From positions 1,731 through 65,730 of IMG/VR virus record IMGVR_UViG_3300017914_001603: a stretch of 64,000 bases of DNA; one strand, 5' to 3'. Each line of letters opens with the position of its first letter. The stretch's first letter is position 1. Position numbers and translations under genes: made by a program. This stretch comes from a virus. Taxonomy: Duplodnaviria > Caudoviricetes. This document shows positions 63,396 to 64,000 of this stretch, one piece after another. The notes under the pieces were generated by a model, which searched no databases, was not told the origin of the DNA, and was given only the letters and a program-made list of their open reading frames with translations.

Positions 63396-63572
63396 CTAAA
63401 AGTTTGGTATCGGTTCGATGACAGCACTAGTGATCTCAATCGTGTTGTTCTTCCAGTAGCGTTCATACATCACTCTCTCGAGATTCTTTGACGCAAGGTA
63501 GAACGTCTCATAGTACGCAGCAGTGTAATGACAACCTCTGCGATCAGTCAACACGATCTTGTAGTTGCTCAC
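63396..63572 (-). CDS. Hypothetical protein (58 aa)
   Basis: Own translation from a GTG overlapping the upstream TGA: MSNYKIVLTDRRGCHYTAAYYETFYLASKNLERVMYERYWKNNTIEITSAVIEPIPNF. Confidence 0.55.
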   Translation of the reverse strand: MSNYKIVLTDRRGCHYTAAYYETFYLASKNLERVMYERYWKNNTIEITSAVIEPIPNF

Positions 63573-64000
63573 GATACGAACTCAGCACCGTTAGCGGCAA
63601 GGAACTCAGCGAGTTTCGCTCGTGCCATACGCTGAGTACCGAGGTAGAAAGCAACGATAGCACCAGTGTGGTCAGAACCAATCTGGAAGGTTCGGTCTTC
63701 ACCACGGTAGCGAACAGTTCGGAACTGCTCACGAGTCTCGTAGTCATCTTTTTTTGAAATCTCAAACATCTCAGCGAGTGCCTCTTTCGCAGCAGCAATC
63801 GAGATGCTCGAGTCAGCATCATACTTCGCCTTGACTTCTGCTTCTTGTTGACGGTAAAGTTCGCGACGCTCTTCCATACGCTTTCTGTAAGTCTCAAGGA
63901 TCTCCGCTTCGTTCGCACGGATGTCGCGGACTAACTGCTTAGCTTGCTCGAGGCACTCAATGAAAGCATCAGTGGTTTCGATAGGGTCGAGACCGTTATC
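63569..64000 (-). CDS. Hypothetical protein (partial, starts beyond the window)
   Basis: The frame of 63569..63877 stays open to 64000 (DNGLDPIETTDAFIECLEQAKQLVRDIRANEAEILETYRKRMEE...). Confidence 0.7.
   Translation of the reverse strand, partial: DNGLDPIETTDAFIECLEQAKQLVRDIRANEAEILETYRKRMEERRELYRQQEAEVKAKYDADSSISIAAAKEALAEMFEISKKDDYETREQFRTVRYRGEDRTFQIGSDHTGAIVAFYLGTQRMARAKLAEFLAANGAEFVS

Noticed and set aside
1-64000. The many other short ORFs overlapping assigned genes on the opposite strand or in alternate frames (e.g. 3322..3750, 15695..16042, 20964..21512, 56033..56671, 61947..62564, 62801..63421)
   Set aside because: No RBS or motif support; they are explained by codon bias and repeats of the real genes.
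1-64000. CRISPR array
   Set aside because: No series of equal repeats with unique spacers; periodic repeats lie within coding frames.
1-64000. Stop-codon reassignment
   Set aside because: Core genes are full length in the standard code and end in TAA, TAG and TGA.
1-64000. Assignment to cyanophages or to a specific host
   Set aside because: No photosynthesis or other host-diagnostic genes in this window; core genes only indicate a T4-like phage.

Overview
This is a 64-kb segment of a large T4-like myovirus genome, probably from an aquatic phage; the host cannot be determined from this window. It covers almost the whole morphogenesis region. The minus strand carries baseplate (gp48, gp53, hub, split gp5 locus, gp25, gp6, gp8, gp7-like), terminase, tail, portal, head and neck genes. 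A short plus-strand block carries gp4, gp2, a gp54-like gene, gp26, gp51 and a tape-measure-like gene. The right end has gp32, gp33, a nucleotide-sugar dehydrogenase, a DenV-like glycosylase, tRNA-Arg(UCU), dCMP deaminase and small early genes behind two repeated sigma70 promoters. T4 late promoters (TATAAATA) and UUCG terminators punctuate the operons. The most unusual signals are: (1) an Asp-Ser dipeptide heavily enriched in fibre and peripheral proteins and nearly absent from core and non-structural proteins, next to a sulfotransferase and sugar enzymes, suggesting a sequon-directed virion modification; (2) recurring short peptide tags and shared N-terminal modules that may form a plug-and-socket fibre attachment system; (3) a candidate -1 frameshift joining gp26 and gp51; (4) a tripartite gp5 locus with an amidase and apparently dead enzymes; (5) a CDS whose stop codon lies inside a tRNA. 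All counts are by hand and all family calls come from motif recognition, not database searches.
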